Positions 42,521-61,164 of a DNA stretch of 64,000 bases are shown one piece after another. Below the pieces are notes generated by a model that ran no database searches, had not been told where the DNA came from, and worked only from the letters and a program-made list of their open reading frames with translations. Both the position numbers and the translations under genes were made by a program. Location of the stretch: assembly GCF_009914755.1 (NCBI RefSeq), contig NC_060933.1. One strand, written 5' to 3'. Within the stretch, counting starts at the first letter, position 1. Every line of letters starts with the position of its first letter. This stretch comes from the human T2T-CHM13v2.0 reference genome, Homo sapiens.

Positions 42521-44419
42521 GACCCTTTTGGCTGGAGCCACTGGAGACAGGACTTAAGCCACACATTCTATCTCTTGGGTGACTTTTATATCACTTAAAA
42601 CTTGATTTTAATTCAGAAATTTCTTTCAAAAAGTTTGTTCTGAATCAACAGAAAAATATTATTTCCTAAATATTTTCCATTATGTGTTGCCTCTGGATCT
42701 TTAGTCTGGTTATTCTACCAATCCATTGCCCACCCAGATTGTGTACATAAAATTTCTACCCATTCTATATAAAACCTCTCACACTTGTCTTTTGCTTAAA
42801 ACATTTAATTTAAAAACCCCATTAAAACCAATCCCTTCTTTCTCTGCATTTCTGTATAATATTTGTCCCTCTCTTCTATCCTCACCTCTTTCTGCCTTGT
42901 ATTATAGAGGTAATTGTCAATCCGACTCACCACCAACTCAAAATAGGGGAATTTTACATGTGCAGGTGATTGTATATATCCATCAATCAAAGGACTTCCC
43001 TCTTGTGCCACATTTCTGCTAAAAGTTCCTAATGAAAACAGCAAGATAAGATCTGTTATTTGAATCTTTGAAATACGCAATTATCTGCCTATGAATACCA
43101 GAACTCCGCCTGGTATTCTTCCTACAAAACGTACAGAAACAAACTTGAGAATCATTTTCCTTTACTGCAAAATTGCAGAGCACAGTCTACCTACCCTCAA
43201 TGTGTTGTTGAAATAAAAAAGAAAAAAAAAAGTACAGACTAAAGAAAGGAAAAAGAAAAATGGAGTGAAAATGTTTGAAATACACATTAAGACTCTAGGG
43301 TAGTGGAAATAAATTAAAATGGCAATATCCATCACTTCATTTTGGTTGACATGTTTGTTTACCAACTTGTGGTTTCTTGTCTGGCAGAAAAGAGCTTTTT
43401 AAGAAATCATGTTGTGAATCTCTCATATTTCTTTTTAGACATCACATAGTTTTATCCAATAATATTTGGATGATTAAAGAGTAAATGACTAAATGAGAAG
43501 CGTATGGATTAAATTCCACTTGGAATATACTTCAGTTTCAGAAGAAAGGACCTGTTTCTAGAGAATGCTGTACCAGAGGTGTGTTTGATTTCAGGAACAC
43601 TGACATCATCTAAAATTAGTCTCCCAGTGGGCCACCTTCCCCAGACTCTCAGCACTGATCCTTTAAAAAAAAAATTAGCAGTGCTTGTTCACAACTGCTT
43701 TGCTCGTAACACTAGGCTCCATGCTTGGAGAACCAGAAGAGTTCTCTATCCTCAGAAAACTATTATTTATTAAATTGCAATAATAAAAGTCAGTGCCAGT
43801 CGGGGTTTCAAGCTGATTGTAGGAATCATTGTATTTAACATTCATAATGATGTAGTCAATAAAGTACTGTGATATTCTCATTTTGTACATAGTATTTACA
43901 TTAGTACCATGATATTCTCATTTTCCAGATGAGAAAACTAAAGCAGAGAGAGGTTAAATAATTCACTTCAAACTGAAAGTTAGGAAACATTTCAACCAGG
44001 ATCTGAACCCCAGCAGCCTGTCTCCAGCATTCGTCCACTTCTGCACCTCTCTGTTTCTCTGCTCCCATGACTATAAATCACTTTCTCTTGATGAGGAGAG
44101 TTTTGTTTTCAAGGCTATACTATGAGGCAGATATTTTTCCCAATTGTTTTACAAATGATACCACTGGGTCTCAGAGGCAGTTTGAAGGAATGTATTATGT
44201 TCACAGAAATAGTGAATGGCAGGACCCAGGAATTAAACTCAAGTTTCATCTAACACCTGCCTCAGGCTCTTCTGTGTTCCAGGAATGGTCTCTGAATTAA
44301 TGGTGTCAGAATTGCCTATGATGGGGTGGAGAGGTGCTTTTTTTTTTTAAGTCCAGATATGGGACCATCTACTAACCACTGAATCAGAATCTCTGAGGTA
44401 AGGGGCCTTGGCATCTTCT

Positions 44420-44718
44420 TTTTAATTTTAATTTAGTTTTATTTTAATGGAGTCTCACACTGTCACCCAGGCTACAGTGCAGTGGCACAATCTCACTGCA
44501 AACTCCGCCTCTTGGGTTCAAGCGAATCTCCTGCCTCAGCCACCTAAGTAGCTGGGACTACAGGTGTGCACCACCATACCTGGCTAATTTTTATATTTTT
44601 AGTATAGATGAGGTTTCAATATGTTGGGCAGGCTGATCTTGATCTGACCTAAAGTGATCTGCTTGCTTCGGCCTCCCAAAATGCTGGGATTAAAGGCATG
44701 AGCCACCATGCCCAGCCA
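44420..44718 (-). mobile_element. Alu (old S/J-type) inserted in a MER5-like MITE
   Basis: Reverse Alu dimer, preceded by ctgaatcagaatctctgagg (MER5-like). Confidence 0.93.
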
Positions 44719-44795
44719 GGATCTTCCTTTCTAAAAAGTGGTAAAGTAGTTCTTTTTTTTTTTAAGTTTGTGAAAATGAATATTAATAATGATGA

Positions 44796-45152
44796 TTTTT
44801 TTTTTTACTTTTATTTTAAATTCGGGGACACATGTGAAGGTTTGTTACATAGGTAAACTCATGTCATGGGGGTTTGTTGTACAGATTATTTCATCACCCA
44901 GGTATTAAGCTTAGTATCCATTGGTTATTTTTCTGCTTCTCTTCCTCTCCCACCCTCCACTCTCAGGTAGATCCCAGTGTCTGTTGTTCCCTTCTTTGTG
45001 TCCATGAGTTTTCACCATTTAGCTCCCACTTACAAGTGAGAACATGCAGTATTTGGTTTCCTGTTCCTGCATTAGTTGGCTAAGGATAAAGGCCTCCACT
45101 TCCATCCATGTTTCTGCAAAAGACATGATCTTCTTTTTTATGGCTGCATAGT
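44796..45152 (-). mobile_element. L1PA (PA13-16-like) 3' end, 5'-truncated
   Basis: Poly(T) followed by acatgtgaaggtttgttacataggtaaactc…tttagctcccacttacaagtgagaacatgcagtatttgg…tttatggctgcatagta. Confidence 0.9.
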
Positions 45153-45768
45153 AAGGAGATTCTTGACTCACAAAATAAATTCCCCCTGCTGCCTCAGAAA
45201 ACCTTGTGAGAGGCACCTGTTAACTAATGTTATTAGGGAGTTTAAAGTGAGATAGGAGATGAAAGGTGTTGAGTGTGGATTTGCAAAGAAATGAGGCAGC
45301 TTTGAAAACACAAATTGGAAAAATCATGTGATTCCATCAATAGTCTGTTTCTAGATTCATTTTTAGGGCTGTCAAATCATTCATCATCTGTTCTGGAATT
45401 CTTGGGCCAGGGAGCAGGGAAAGGAGAGAAGTCAGCATGGTAGAATGCAAGGAACATGTCTCTGAAGTCAATTCCTGCCTCTGCCTTTTAATTCTCATTT
45501 TGATTTGGGATGAGTTATGTATTTTCTCTGCATTTGATTTTTTCTGTCTGTAAGATATTTTTCTCTTTTATTTTTATGCACGTTAAGTGAGCAACACATC
45601 TAAAGTGAACACACAGTAGTTATTCAATAGTCTTTTGTTTTTTTTTCTGCTTATGATGCTTTGCAACCAGTCACATTTTTCAGGTGGATTCCATTGCCAA
45701 TGCCAATTCTCTCCCTGCCCAGGCTTGTATTATACCAGCTGTTATGAACTTCCAGTTTGTCAATTATT

Positions 45769-46075
45769 TCTTTTCTTTTCTTTTTTTTTTTTTTTTGAGA
45801 CAGAGTCTCGCTCTATCACCCAGGCTGGAGTGTAGTGGCATGATCTCGGCTTACTGTAACCCCTGCCTCCTGGGTTCAAGCAATTGTCCTGCCTCAGCCT
45901 CCTGAGTAGCTGGGATTACAGGCGCCTGCCACCGTGCCCGGCTAATTTTTGTATTTTTAGTAGAGACGGGGTTTCAGTATATTGGCCAGGCTGGTCTCGA
46001 ACTCCTGACCTCGTGATCTGCCCACCTCGGCCTCCCAAAGTGCTGGATTACAGACATAAGCCACCGTGCCCAGCC
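45769..46075 (-). mobile_element. Alu (AluS-type), full length
   Basis: Reverse Alu dimer. TSD AATTATTT. Confidence 0.97.
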
Positions 46076-47409
46076 AATTATTTTATTTTCTTACATACAA
46101 CTATCTCCTAAGGAAAGCACTTACCAGCTAATGTGGTGTTCATGGTTAGTAGCAGGAGATGACTTTATCATCCAGTGGCACTTTCATTAGAGAAAGATGA
46201 AGGCATGAAGGAACACATAAAAAAATGAATGCCTAATAGGAAAAAATCAAAGATTATTACATATCGGCAGTAGGGATATTTGGAGGCAAAAGTCCTTCAA
46301 GAATGTCATTTAAACTCGCAGTTCCATTACCTATTTGAAACATCAGTTCAGAAAATATATTTTTTTAGTGGGAACATAAAATTATGAAGTTGCAAAGGAC
46401 TTTGAGGTCATTTATAACAACTCTTAAGCAATGCCTCCCTTTGGAGGAAAGACAGCAACTTGTTTGTGTTATGTAGTGCGATCAAGTTCACATTTATTAC
46501 TTACTAAACTAAGCGAGAGAGAAAGTTAGGCACCATTTCACAGATGAGAAGCCTAAGGCTTAGAGAGATGAAGATGCTTGCCAAGGTCACTCGTGTTACC
46601 CAAGACCAGTCCTTGAACCCAGATGCCAGACTCCATGTCCTTCACTCCCCTCCCTAAGCCACAGTTCTTTCTGATTCCAGGCAGGCAAAATATTATGGAT
46701 GAATTCCTTTATCTATTTCAATCTCTCTTTTTAGAAACTTTTAATTAGTACTCAATTCTCTGCTATTATTAGTATTTTTTATAAAGCAGTAAGAGCCATT
46801 CCTGTTCCTTTCTCCTCCCCTGCTCACCTCCCCAAGCTTTCCACTCCAAGGCTTCTGGTTTTAATTGTTATATTTTTTCACCAGTGATCATTCGAACTTC
46901 CCTAATGATCTCAACTCATTTGGAGGGTTTATAGCTCCAGCACAGAACTCCATTAAAAGGAAAAGAGAAGCTTTGTGGGGGAATTCCCTGGGGGCTTTTC
47001 TTCTGCCAAGAACAAAACTCATTTGCTGCACACTGTCCTGCCCTCATCACAAGGTACCTTCTTTAGTGGAAAGAAGGCCATCTCCTATTTCGGGAAATTG
47101 TCTTCTTCTTCACTTCTCCCATTTGACTCCCTTCTTCTCACTTTACCAAGTTACCATCTGAAATTTCTGCACGCAGTAGGTAGGTAGGCACTTGATTACT
47201 ATGTGTTGAAAGCTGCAATAAATAAGTGTATTTACAAAGGAAGAGGAGAGGACAAAAGGAAGGGTTATGGACCACTTATCTCTTCCAGGGAATATATTAA
47301 GTTCTTGAAAGAGTCAAGTGCTCATGACCATGTGTAAATAGTTCTGTATATGAGGAGACAGGCACAGAGTTCTATTAAAATACTCTCCACAGCCAGACAT
47401 AGAGTGGTA

Positions 47410-47620
47410 CTCATAACAGCTAGTGTTACTGAACATTTACTACATGCTAGGTTTAGTTCCAAGTGTTTACATGTATTTACTCTTTTAATCCTGACTACAA
47501 CCTTATCATGTACTTGCTCTTATTATCCTCATTTTGCAGGTGAGGGAATAGGTAGGTGATCCAGGATTCTAACTGGGGTGGTCTGGCTTCAGAATGTGTG
47601 TCCTTAATATTCACACCATG
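47410..47620 (-). mobile_element. MIR
   Basis: tactgaacatttactacatgctagg…tattatcctcattttgcaggtgaggg. Confidence 0.65.
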
Positions 47621-47721
47621 GTAGTACTATGATTCCAAGATGCATCTCCAAGGTATGAGCTTTATTATTATGCATTTAAACATTTCAAAGAGTTTGTCCA
47701 TCTATTATTTAGTTTAATGAT

Positions 47722-47948
<227 letters not shown>

Positions 47949-50900
47949 TCAGTACCACTCAATGATAGATGCAGGACCAGAACTCAAGTCCATATGCAGT
48001 GAAAAGTGATAGACACAAAATGACTATCAGTGACACATTATTCCCACCCTGACAGTGCTATGTGCTAGCCATTTCATTAAGTTCAGAGTGATTATCTTTT
48101 CTGAGCCTTGTTTTTTCTCATCTGCAAAACAGTAGAAAGAATGCCTATCTCAAATGGTTTGGGCAAGAATGTCATTAGATGTTTTATCTGCTAGAATATG
48201 AGAGATACATTATATATTTTATTTTCTTTCCCAGGCTCACGAGACATATGTTGTGACAAGATGAGTTTTTACAATCTGGGGCTTGGAAGTCCTCAACAAA
48301 TGTATAAGAGGTTGGAACTTCTTTCTTCACTGTTCTATGTTTTTCATTCACCAAGGAGATAATCCAAGAAAATCATCATATATTTCATGAATTGGATGAC
48401 TTCCCTTTGCTGACTCATGGCTGTCCTAACTTCTTGCTCCTAGATTAAAACAAAATTAGGTGTCAATCAGGACAGCAAGCACATCTTAAAGAAAAGGAGA
48501 CATACTCATAGAGGGAAGAATCATTTGTGGTCACATGGCTTAAAAGGGCAGAACTGGGACTAAAATTCAAATATGGCTAAAATGACACCTTTTAATCTTA
48601 TGTCACTATAGAGAGACAGTACTTGGGGAGGACAGCTTGGCATGGTTTCTAACGCAAGGAGACCAAGGCAAGAAAGTTCCCAGGGGTATTTCCCCTGTGA
48701 AATTGCTCACACCAGGAGCAAAGGCTGTCCAGGGAGCCCCATAAGCTGATAGTGATGGAGCCCATCAGTTCAGTGTCTGATTGAGGAAGAGCATTTAATA
48801 AACATGAGGAGAAAGACCAAGGATTCCAATGTTTAATTATCTGCCCAATGATTGAAAATCTAATTTAGTTTTTTTTATGTTTATTTGTGAAGGCTTCTGT
48901 GTTTCCAAGCAAGAAAAAGCTTTAGAGTTCAGGGATTCAATGTAGGTAAATTCATTAAAGTGCTTATTAATCTACACATCTTAGTAGCTTACTATTCAAT
49001 CAGTTGTCAATGCCTCTCAATTCCAGAAATGAAACAAAAAACTGGGAAAACAATATTATAAATTTGTCACGTTACACAAAAGGTAGTAATATATTAATTG
49101 ATCATCAGTTATAATCCAAACAATTTATTTTATTTTGTTTAATCCTATTTTATTTTATTTTAGAATTAGGTACAATGATAATGTATTTCACATGGAATAT
49201 AAAAGGCCAAGGACATACATCTTTGGCAGTGTCACAGACTAAGTGGCCACAGATGCCTCAGTCAGTACACAAAACCTCCTACACTGATTTTTTTAAAATG
49301 TACCTACAAAAGATCAGAAAAAGATTCAGAGGCCTGAGATATGCAAAAGTAAAAATTAAAAGGGTAAATGAGAGCATTATAGACAATTTTTTACTAAAAC
49401 CATCTGCCATTTACTGGAGACTTAAACCCTGAGTTTTAAGGGAACTTTTGAGCTAAAGAAAAGAAAAAAGCCTAAAGTTTAGTCCTGTGAGGATAAATAC
49501 ATCATCTGAATTAAGACAAGAACTTAAAAAGAAACAACAATCACTGGATGAACCAGAAGGAAAATTATCCACAGAGATCTTTGAGAGGTTCAAAACCACA
49601 TCTATATTGATGTCTACATCTTGTCCATCAAAATATAATAAATCAGAAGGGTTGTGATCAGAATTAAAGTTCATTAATATGCTTCAGGGATCATTTTTTT
49701 CCTCAGAGAAGTGAATATATTGATTATACTTTGTTAACTTAAATATGAATGTTGTAATTTCTTAGATAACCGCTAAAAGAACAGAAGACTGTATAACTTT
49801 TAACTTAGTAAAGTAGAAAAATGACCTCATTCTAAAAGAAAGAAGAAAAAAAGAAATAAAAGTATAGAAAATTGGGATAAATGGAAAACAATAAAATAGG
49901 TATGACTTTAACTGCTTCAGTAATCATAATCAATGTAAATAGATTTCTCTTTGCATTTAATAATTTAAAATGTATAAAATGTATTTTTAAAAACTCCACC
50001 TGTACACTGTTTACAAGAAAAAACCTACAAAACAAATGTATCCACAGATTGAAAGGCCATAATGGAAAAATATAACAGGAAAATATTAATAGCCTTATAG
50101 CTTAACATTGCTGTTAAAATTTCAGACAATTTTGGAAATAAGGTTAAAAAGAGAGGTCTTTTCTCTACTGAGAAAACAGATTCAATTTACTAAGAAAATA
50201 TTAAAATTTTATGTATATAAGCACCCAATCATACAGTTTATAATTATGTAAAATAAAAGAATAAATGGTACTGCAAAAAAATGACAAATCCACATCATGG
50301 TGAGAAATTTTAATACATTTCTCAGGAATTAATAGAGAATGTAGAGGACTTAACATAAGTAGCAAGCTTGATTAGTGAAATACTGCTGCAACACTTCTTT
50401 TCTCTTATCAATAATTGACCATTTACTATTTCAAAAACATTTATCAATAAATTTAACAGAATGAATATTACTTTGCTAAATTTATTAACCAAAATAAAAT
50501 TAAGTTAGATGTCAATATAAAAAATATGAAAAGTAAACATAAATATGTATGCATGTACATACTCTGACAAACAAGCATATATTCAGAAAAATCCCATATC
50601 TTCAGAAATTTAAATAAAATAACATTCTAAATTACTCATGCAGAGAGGAGAAATCATAATGGACATTAGAAAATATTTAAACAACTAGGGAAATCTTATC
50701 TATTAAAACCTTTGTCCTGCCGTAAAGTTATACTTGATGGCCAGTTATAGTTTCAAAATCTTTATATTCAAAATGAAAATGGTAAAATTAACTAACTTAA
50801 AAAATAGTAAAAGAATAGAAGAAAAAAACTAACAAAGTGGGGATTTAATAATGGAGACAAAAGTATGTTTGTGTGCGTGTGTATGTGTGTGTGTGTAAGA

Positions 50901-52251
50901 GAAAGAGAGAGAAGAGAGGAAAAGAGAGAGAAGGCATAGAGAGCAAGGTTAAGAAAAGAAGGGGGCATACCTACAATTTTAATAATAATTAATAGAAATA
51001 AAAGGCAATGTGTATAATAAAAAGTTTCTGATACATTGAAAAAGCACTTATAGGAATCTCGTCCTCAAAAAGATAGTTTACTAGTCCTGACTCAAAAAGA
51101 GGTACAAAATCTGAATGATCCTTATAAACATTAATGATATTGAAACAATATTTTAATATATTCTCACAAACAAAACAACAGACCAGATAAGTTTACAAGA
51201 AAGTTACATAAAATATCTAAGAAACAAATAATTCCAATCTTACAATATCTTTCAAAGAGTAAAATAAATGGGGAAGTCACTTCTCAACTTGTTTATTTTT
51301 AAAGATTACATAACCTCAAAACCAACACTAGGCAATAAGAATATGTGAGAAAAAAAAACTCATGAACATGTAAAACTTCAAAATGAAATGTTAATAAACG
51401 TCATTCAATAATGAATTTTAAAAAAATACATTATGACAAATGTGAGGTTGTTCTAGGAATGATTAATATTAGAAAATCTATACATTTATTCAATCATATT
51501 ATTTCACCAAATAGAAAAAAATTACAATGAAATTATGAAAAACATTCAATGAACTTGGTAATTATTTATAATAAAAACTTTTAGTGAACTATGAAAAAAA
51601 AGAGAACTTTCTTCACTGGAGAAAAGATAGTTTTAAAAAGTCTACCAGAGAAACATAATAGAAAGAAACCTATACGAAGGCTGCTACATAACACTACTGG
51701 CAAAGCAAATTAGGAACAAAATTATACTCTGTTTACTCAACAGTGCTGCTGAGAAAACCAGTTCTCCAAATGGGGAAAAAAAATGCAAGGAATACTCATC
51801 CTGCATCATAAGCTAAAATCATATCCAGATAATTTAAAGACAAAAATATCATAGCTAAATAAATAAAACTTTCCCCTTCGCTCCCCTCCACTGAATTGGA
51901 TACTATCTTTATGTCTTCAGATAAAGGAATAATTTCTTAAACAAAAAGCAAAAGAATAAAACATAAATAAAAATATAATTTTGACTTCATTAGTATTAGA
52001 AAATTTATTCATTATAAGATTCTATAAAGATGTGGAAAAGACAAGTCACAAACTGGCAAAAGACATTTGCAATCACATAAATGACAAAGGTTTATCGTGC
52101 AGAACATAAAAATATTTCTCAAAAATCAATAACAAAAAGACAAACCTCAAATTTAAAAGGGGGTAACATGAGCAAAATATGTGATTCTGAATTCTACTAC
52201 AAAGGAAATGTGGCTGGCCTACAACATTTGACAAGATAGTCACTGCATCAG

Positions 52252-56846
<4,595 letters not shown>

Positions 56847-58275
56847 AACAACACTGTATGAGTACAATGAACTGCTTTTTCATGCCCACAACAGTAAGAA
56901 AATCTAAGCGGTCTAGCAATACCAAATACTAGTAAGGACGTAAAACAGAAAAAGATTCTCATTCATCACAAGGGAGTGTGTAAATTGGTCCTTTTGTTTT
57001 GGAAAACAATTTGTCCTCTTCTAATAAAGTTAATCATAGTGGCTTCTTGTGCAGGGAATAGGACAGAAATTTCCACCAGCCGAGGGTACACCAAAAACTT
57101 TAAAATGAATGGTACTATTTATTTCTTTAACTCTTGTAGGTATGAGCTGGTAATTTATTATTTATGTTATACTGCAGATTTAATACTTTTTATATGAAAT
57201 ACACTTCACAATATAAATTATTTGTTTAAAAAGAAAAAAAAATGGCCTAGAAGAACAAAGAAATCTCTGTACAAAGGGTAGTTCAGAATGATATGCCTTG
57301 CCCATTAGAGAAAATGCCATAAAGTCAGTGTTAATAAGTCAATATGGTGGTGCCATAGTCATTAATAAATAGTTCATTAGACCAGAACATACATGTTTTA
57401 TGACAACTTAGTATAGAATGAATGTGATATTTTAATTCATTGGTACAATGATGGTTTATATAATAAATGGTGCTGACACAACTGTTTGTTCACATAGAAG
57501 AAAAAAAGTCAAATATTTTTGCATTAATAAAATTTTTATGTAATTAAAAAGTTAAATTTAAAAGATGTACCTTATTGGAGAATCCAGAATATATATACAT
57601 ACTTTCTGGGGTTTGTGAATATCTTAATGGTATTGAGTTTAGTGATCAGTTACCATAAATGAAGTCAAAGACAAATAATTGAATTGCAAAAAAATACAAC
57701 ACACGACAGATGACTAATATTTATTCAACAGAAAGATTCTTTCAAACTGAAAAAAAGGGGAAGGTATCCAGTAGAAAAAAAAAATGGCTTTATATCATTG
57801 TTTCCCATTGGACCAACGCAAATGGTTACTAGAAGCACAAAAAGATGCAGGAACTTGCTGAGAGTTGAAGTCACAAAAAGTGATCAAACAATAACATATC
57901 ACTTCATGTTAATTAGATGCCTATGTATTTCACCAATGCAGGTAAGCATAATAATTGTTACAATCTTTTGTGAAACAATATAGCAATAGCTATTAAAATT
58001 TTAAATATACTTAACCTTTGACACAGCATTTCTTACTTGAGGTCTATCCCACAAAGTAGACTAATGATATAGAGACCTATGGATACAGATGTTGATTCGT
58101 AGAGGTAGAAAGTAACAGCAAATTGACAAAGAGGAAAAATGGTGAAATAAATTATAGCACATTTATACCAAGGAACTATTTTACAGCTATTAAAAATAAT
58201 GGATTAGAACCATGCTAACTGACAAAACAGAATCTTATAAAGTATTATTGGTTAGAAAATTAAAGTAGGAAATAG

Positions 58276-59638
58276 TGTGTCTGGAATTGGTGGGTTCTTG
58301 GTCTCACTGACTTCAAGAATAAAGCCACGGACCCTCGCGGTGAGTGTTACAGTTCTTAAAGGCGGCGTGTCCACAGTTTGTTCCTTCTGATGTTTGGATG
58401 TGTTTAGCCTTCTGGTGGGTTCGTGGTCTCGCTGGTTCAGGAGTGAAGCTGCAGACCTTCGCCGTGAGTGTTACAGCTCTTAAGGCAGCAGGTCTGGAGT
58501 TGTTTGTTCCTCCCGGTGGGTTCATGGTCTCGCTGGCTTCAAGAGTGAAGCTGCAGAGCTTCGCGGTGAGTATTACAGCTCATAAAACCAGCGTGGACCC
58601 AAACAAGTGAGCAGTAGCAGGATTTATTGCAGAGTGAAACAACAAACCTTCCACAACGCCAAAGGAGAGCGGAGGGGGTTGTCACAACTGGCTGGGGCAG
58701 CTTGCTTTTATTCTCTTATCTGGCCCCATCCACATCCTGCTGATTGGTCCATTTTACAGAGAGCCGATTGGTCTGTTTTACTGAGAGCTGATTGGTCCGT
58801 TTAGGCAGGGTGCTGATTGGTGCATTTACAATCCCTGAGCTAGACACAGAAGTTCTCCATGTCCCCACTAGATTAGCTAGATACAGAGTGTTCATTGGCG
58901 TATTTACAAACCCTGAGCTAGACACAGAGTGCTGATTGGTGCATTTACAAGCCTTGAGCTAGATACAGAGTGCCGATTGGTGTATTTACATCCCTTAGCT
59001 AGACATAAAGATTCTCCAAGTTCCCCACCAGACTCAGAAGCTCAGCTGTCTTCACCCAGTGGATCCCGCACCTGGGCGGCAGGTGGAGCTGCCGGCCAGT
59101 CCTGGGCGGTGCGCCGGCACTCCTCAGCCCTTGGGCGGTGGATGGGACTGGGCTCCGTGGAGCAGGGGGCGGCGCTCGTTGGGAAAGCTCGGGCCGCGCA
59201 GGAGCCCACGGCGGGCTGGGGAGGCTCAGGCACGGCGGGCTGCAGGTCTCGAGCTCTGCCCCGCGGGGAGGCAGCTAAGGCCCGGCGAGAAATCGAGCAC
59301 AGCAGCTGTCGGCCCATGTGCTAAGCCCCTCACTCCCCGGGTCGGCGGGGCCCGCCGGCCACTCCGAGTGCGAGGCCCGCCGAGCCCACGCCTACCCGGA
59401 ACTCGCGCTGGCCCGCAAGCGCCGCGCGCAGCCCCGATTCCCGCCCGCGCCTCTCCCTCCACACCTCCCTGCAAGCTGAGGGAGCCGGCTCCGGCCTTGG
59501 CCAGCCCAGAAAGGGGCTCCTACAGTGCAGCGGCGGGCTGAAGAGCTCCTCAAGCACGGCCAGAGTGGGCGCTAAGGCCGAGGAGGCCCCGAGAGCGAGC
59601 GAGGGCTGTGAGCGCTGCCAGCATGCTGTCACCTCTCA
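58276..59638 (-). mobile_element. Solo ERV9 LTR (LTR12C), full length
   Basis: The minus strand begins tgagaggtgacagcatgctggcagc and ends ccaattccagacaca. GC/CpG-rich U3 with tandem CCAAT repeats. Perfect TSD ATAG at 58272 and 59639. Confidence 0.96.
58700..58985 (-). promoter_or_regulatory. LTR12 promoter/enhancer: seven CCAAT (NF-Y) boxes and an AATAAA TATA-like box
   Basis: Seven ATTGG on the + strand between 58743 and 58980. gcttttattc at about 58704-58713 reads gaataaaagc on the - strand. NF-Y dependence of ERV9 LTRs is established, but activity of this copy is not shown. Confidence 0.7.
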
Positions 59639-60269
59639 ATAGTAAGGTAACAAAATTAAAGTGTAAAATAAGGCTTCATTTAAAAAAGGAAAACTGGTAA
59701 AATCCTCATCTATTTGTGTATATACATAGGGACACAGATGTATATTAGTGTATGTATATCGGTACATGATACTTAAACATGAATAAAGCATTCAAGTTTA
59801 TCTGGCATATATGGTTATACATATTATCTTGAGAAAGCAAGGTGGAGGTGGGACAAATAAAAATAGACCAAGTGAAAAGACTGTACAAAAGGCCTTATAT
59901 AATCCTCCTTAATATCTATGTATGTATATATAGAGATGAGGTAATTACAGAAGAAACACAAATAGTATAAAGCTGTATTGACTAGCTTATACCTTTTGTG
60001 ATATGGTACCAGATTGAAAAGAAATAAAATGAAGTTGCAGACTAACAAGTAGAGTAGCACTCTCTGGGTGAAATAAAGTTCCAAATAAGTTGTTAAATGC
60101 ATGTATTTAAAGGAGAAGGGAATATAAATATATATATATATATATAAATGTTGATTCCAGCAGTGGCAAAGGTGGAGATGGTGGTGGTGAGGAATAGTGG
60201 TGGGTGGGAGGGAGGGCATTATATTTGTCTTCATAAACCTTTGCACTGTCTTGCCTTACTTTTTTAAGT

Positions 60270-60705
60270 GTCAGTGAATCCATTACTGATTGCTATGTAA
60301 CAAATCACCCCAAAACTAAGCATTGTAAAAGAAGAAGCATTTTGAGAGTTTGTTAGTGGCTCTTATGACCTGGACTGGCTCAGCCTAGTTGGCTCAACTA
60401 GGGCCTCATTTGTGTATCTATTAGTAGGCTTCGTGTCACTGAAGTGATGGGGATCAATTGGTCACATGTTACGCATTCTCCAGCAAACTTGCCAGGGTAA
60501 GCATCACAGTACAGTAGCCACGGGGCTCCCAAGAGCAGCAAGAAAGCAAGCTCCTATGTGCAAGTACTTTATAAACCTCTGCTTATGAGACCTGGATCAA
60601 TGTAATATTGTCCAAAGCAGGTCACAAGGTCCAAGAAAGAGTCCTAACAAAATGCATGGGTAGAGAGAAAATAATAAGTTGTAGGTATTTCTGCAACATA
60701 CCACA
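60270..60705 (-). mobile_element. Old MaLR LTR (MLT1H/J-like)
   Basis: attgctatgtaacaaatcaccccaaaactaagc…ttgtccaaagcaggtcacaaggtcc. Confidence 0.65.
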
Positions 60706-61164
60706 ACGCAGTACCAAACTAATTTTCATTATTATTTTATTAATTTCTATTTGCTATTTTTGTCAAAGAAAAAAACTCTCAAACTGTGTTTTTCCTCTAC
60801 TCTCACACCACAAGAATCAACACAGAGGATTTCTGTCACCAAATGTGTAGAGGAATTTTTGCCACACACCAAGCAGTGGACAACAGCTGGGTGTCTTCTT
60901 ATTCAGTTCAATTTTGACACCAGCTATCAGGAGATAGCATCAGATCCCATGGGTTGAGGCCCCAGTCCCCTAGACTGTCTCTCCTCCAGCAGTCACAAGT
61001 CTGGGCCCCCAAAACTTCTGATGCACTGGCTTCAAGTAGGGGTTTCTATGAACCCGTCTTTGTGTTTGTTTAATCTGCTGGAGTGACACACAGAACTCAA
61101 GGAAACAGTTATATTTACTGGTTTATTATACAGAATATTGCAGAGTATACAGATGAAGACATGC

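Noticed and set aside
58740-59010. Tandem ~24-41 bp repeats resembling an array
   Set aside because: These are the known CCAAT-containing enhancer repeats of ERV9/LTR12.
58929-59632. Several overlapping 80-160 aa GC-rich ORFs
   Set aside because: All lie within the LTR12C U3. Stop codons are rare because of GC content, and no domain is recognisable.
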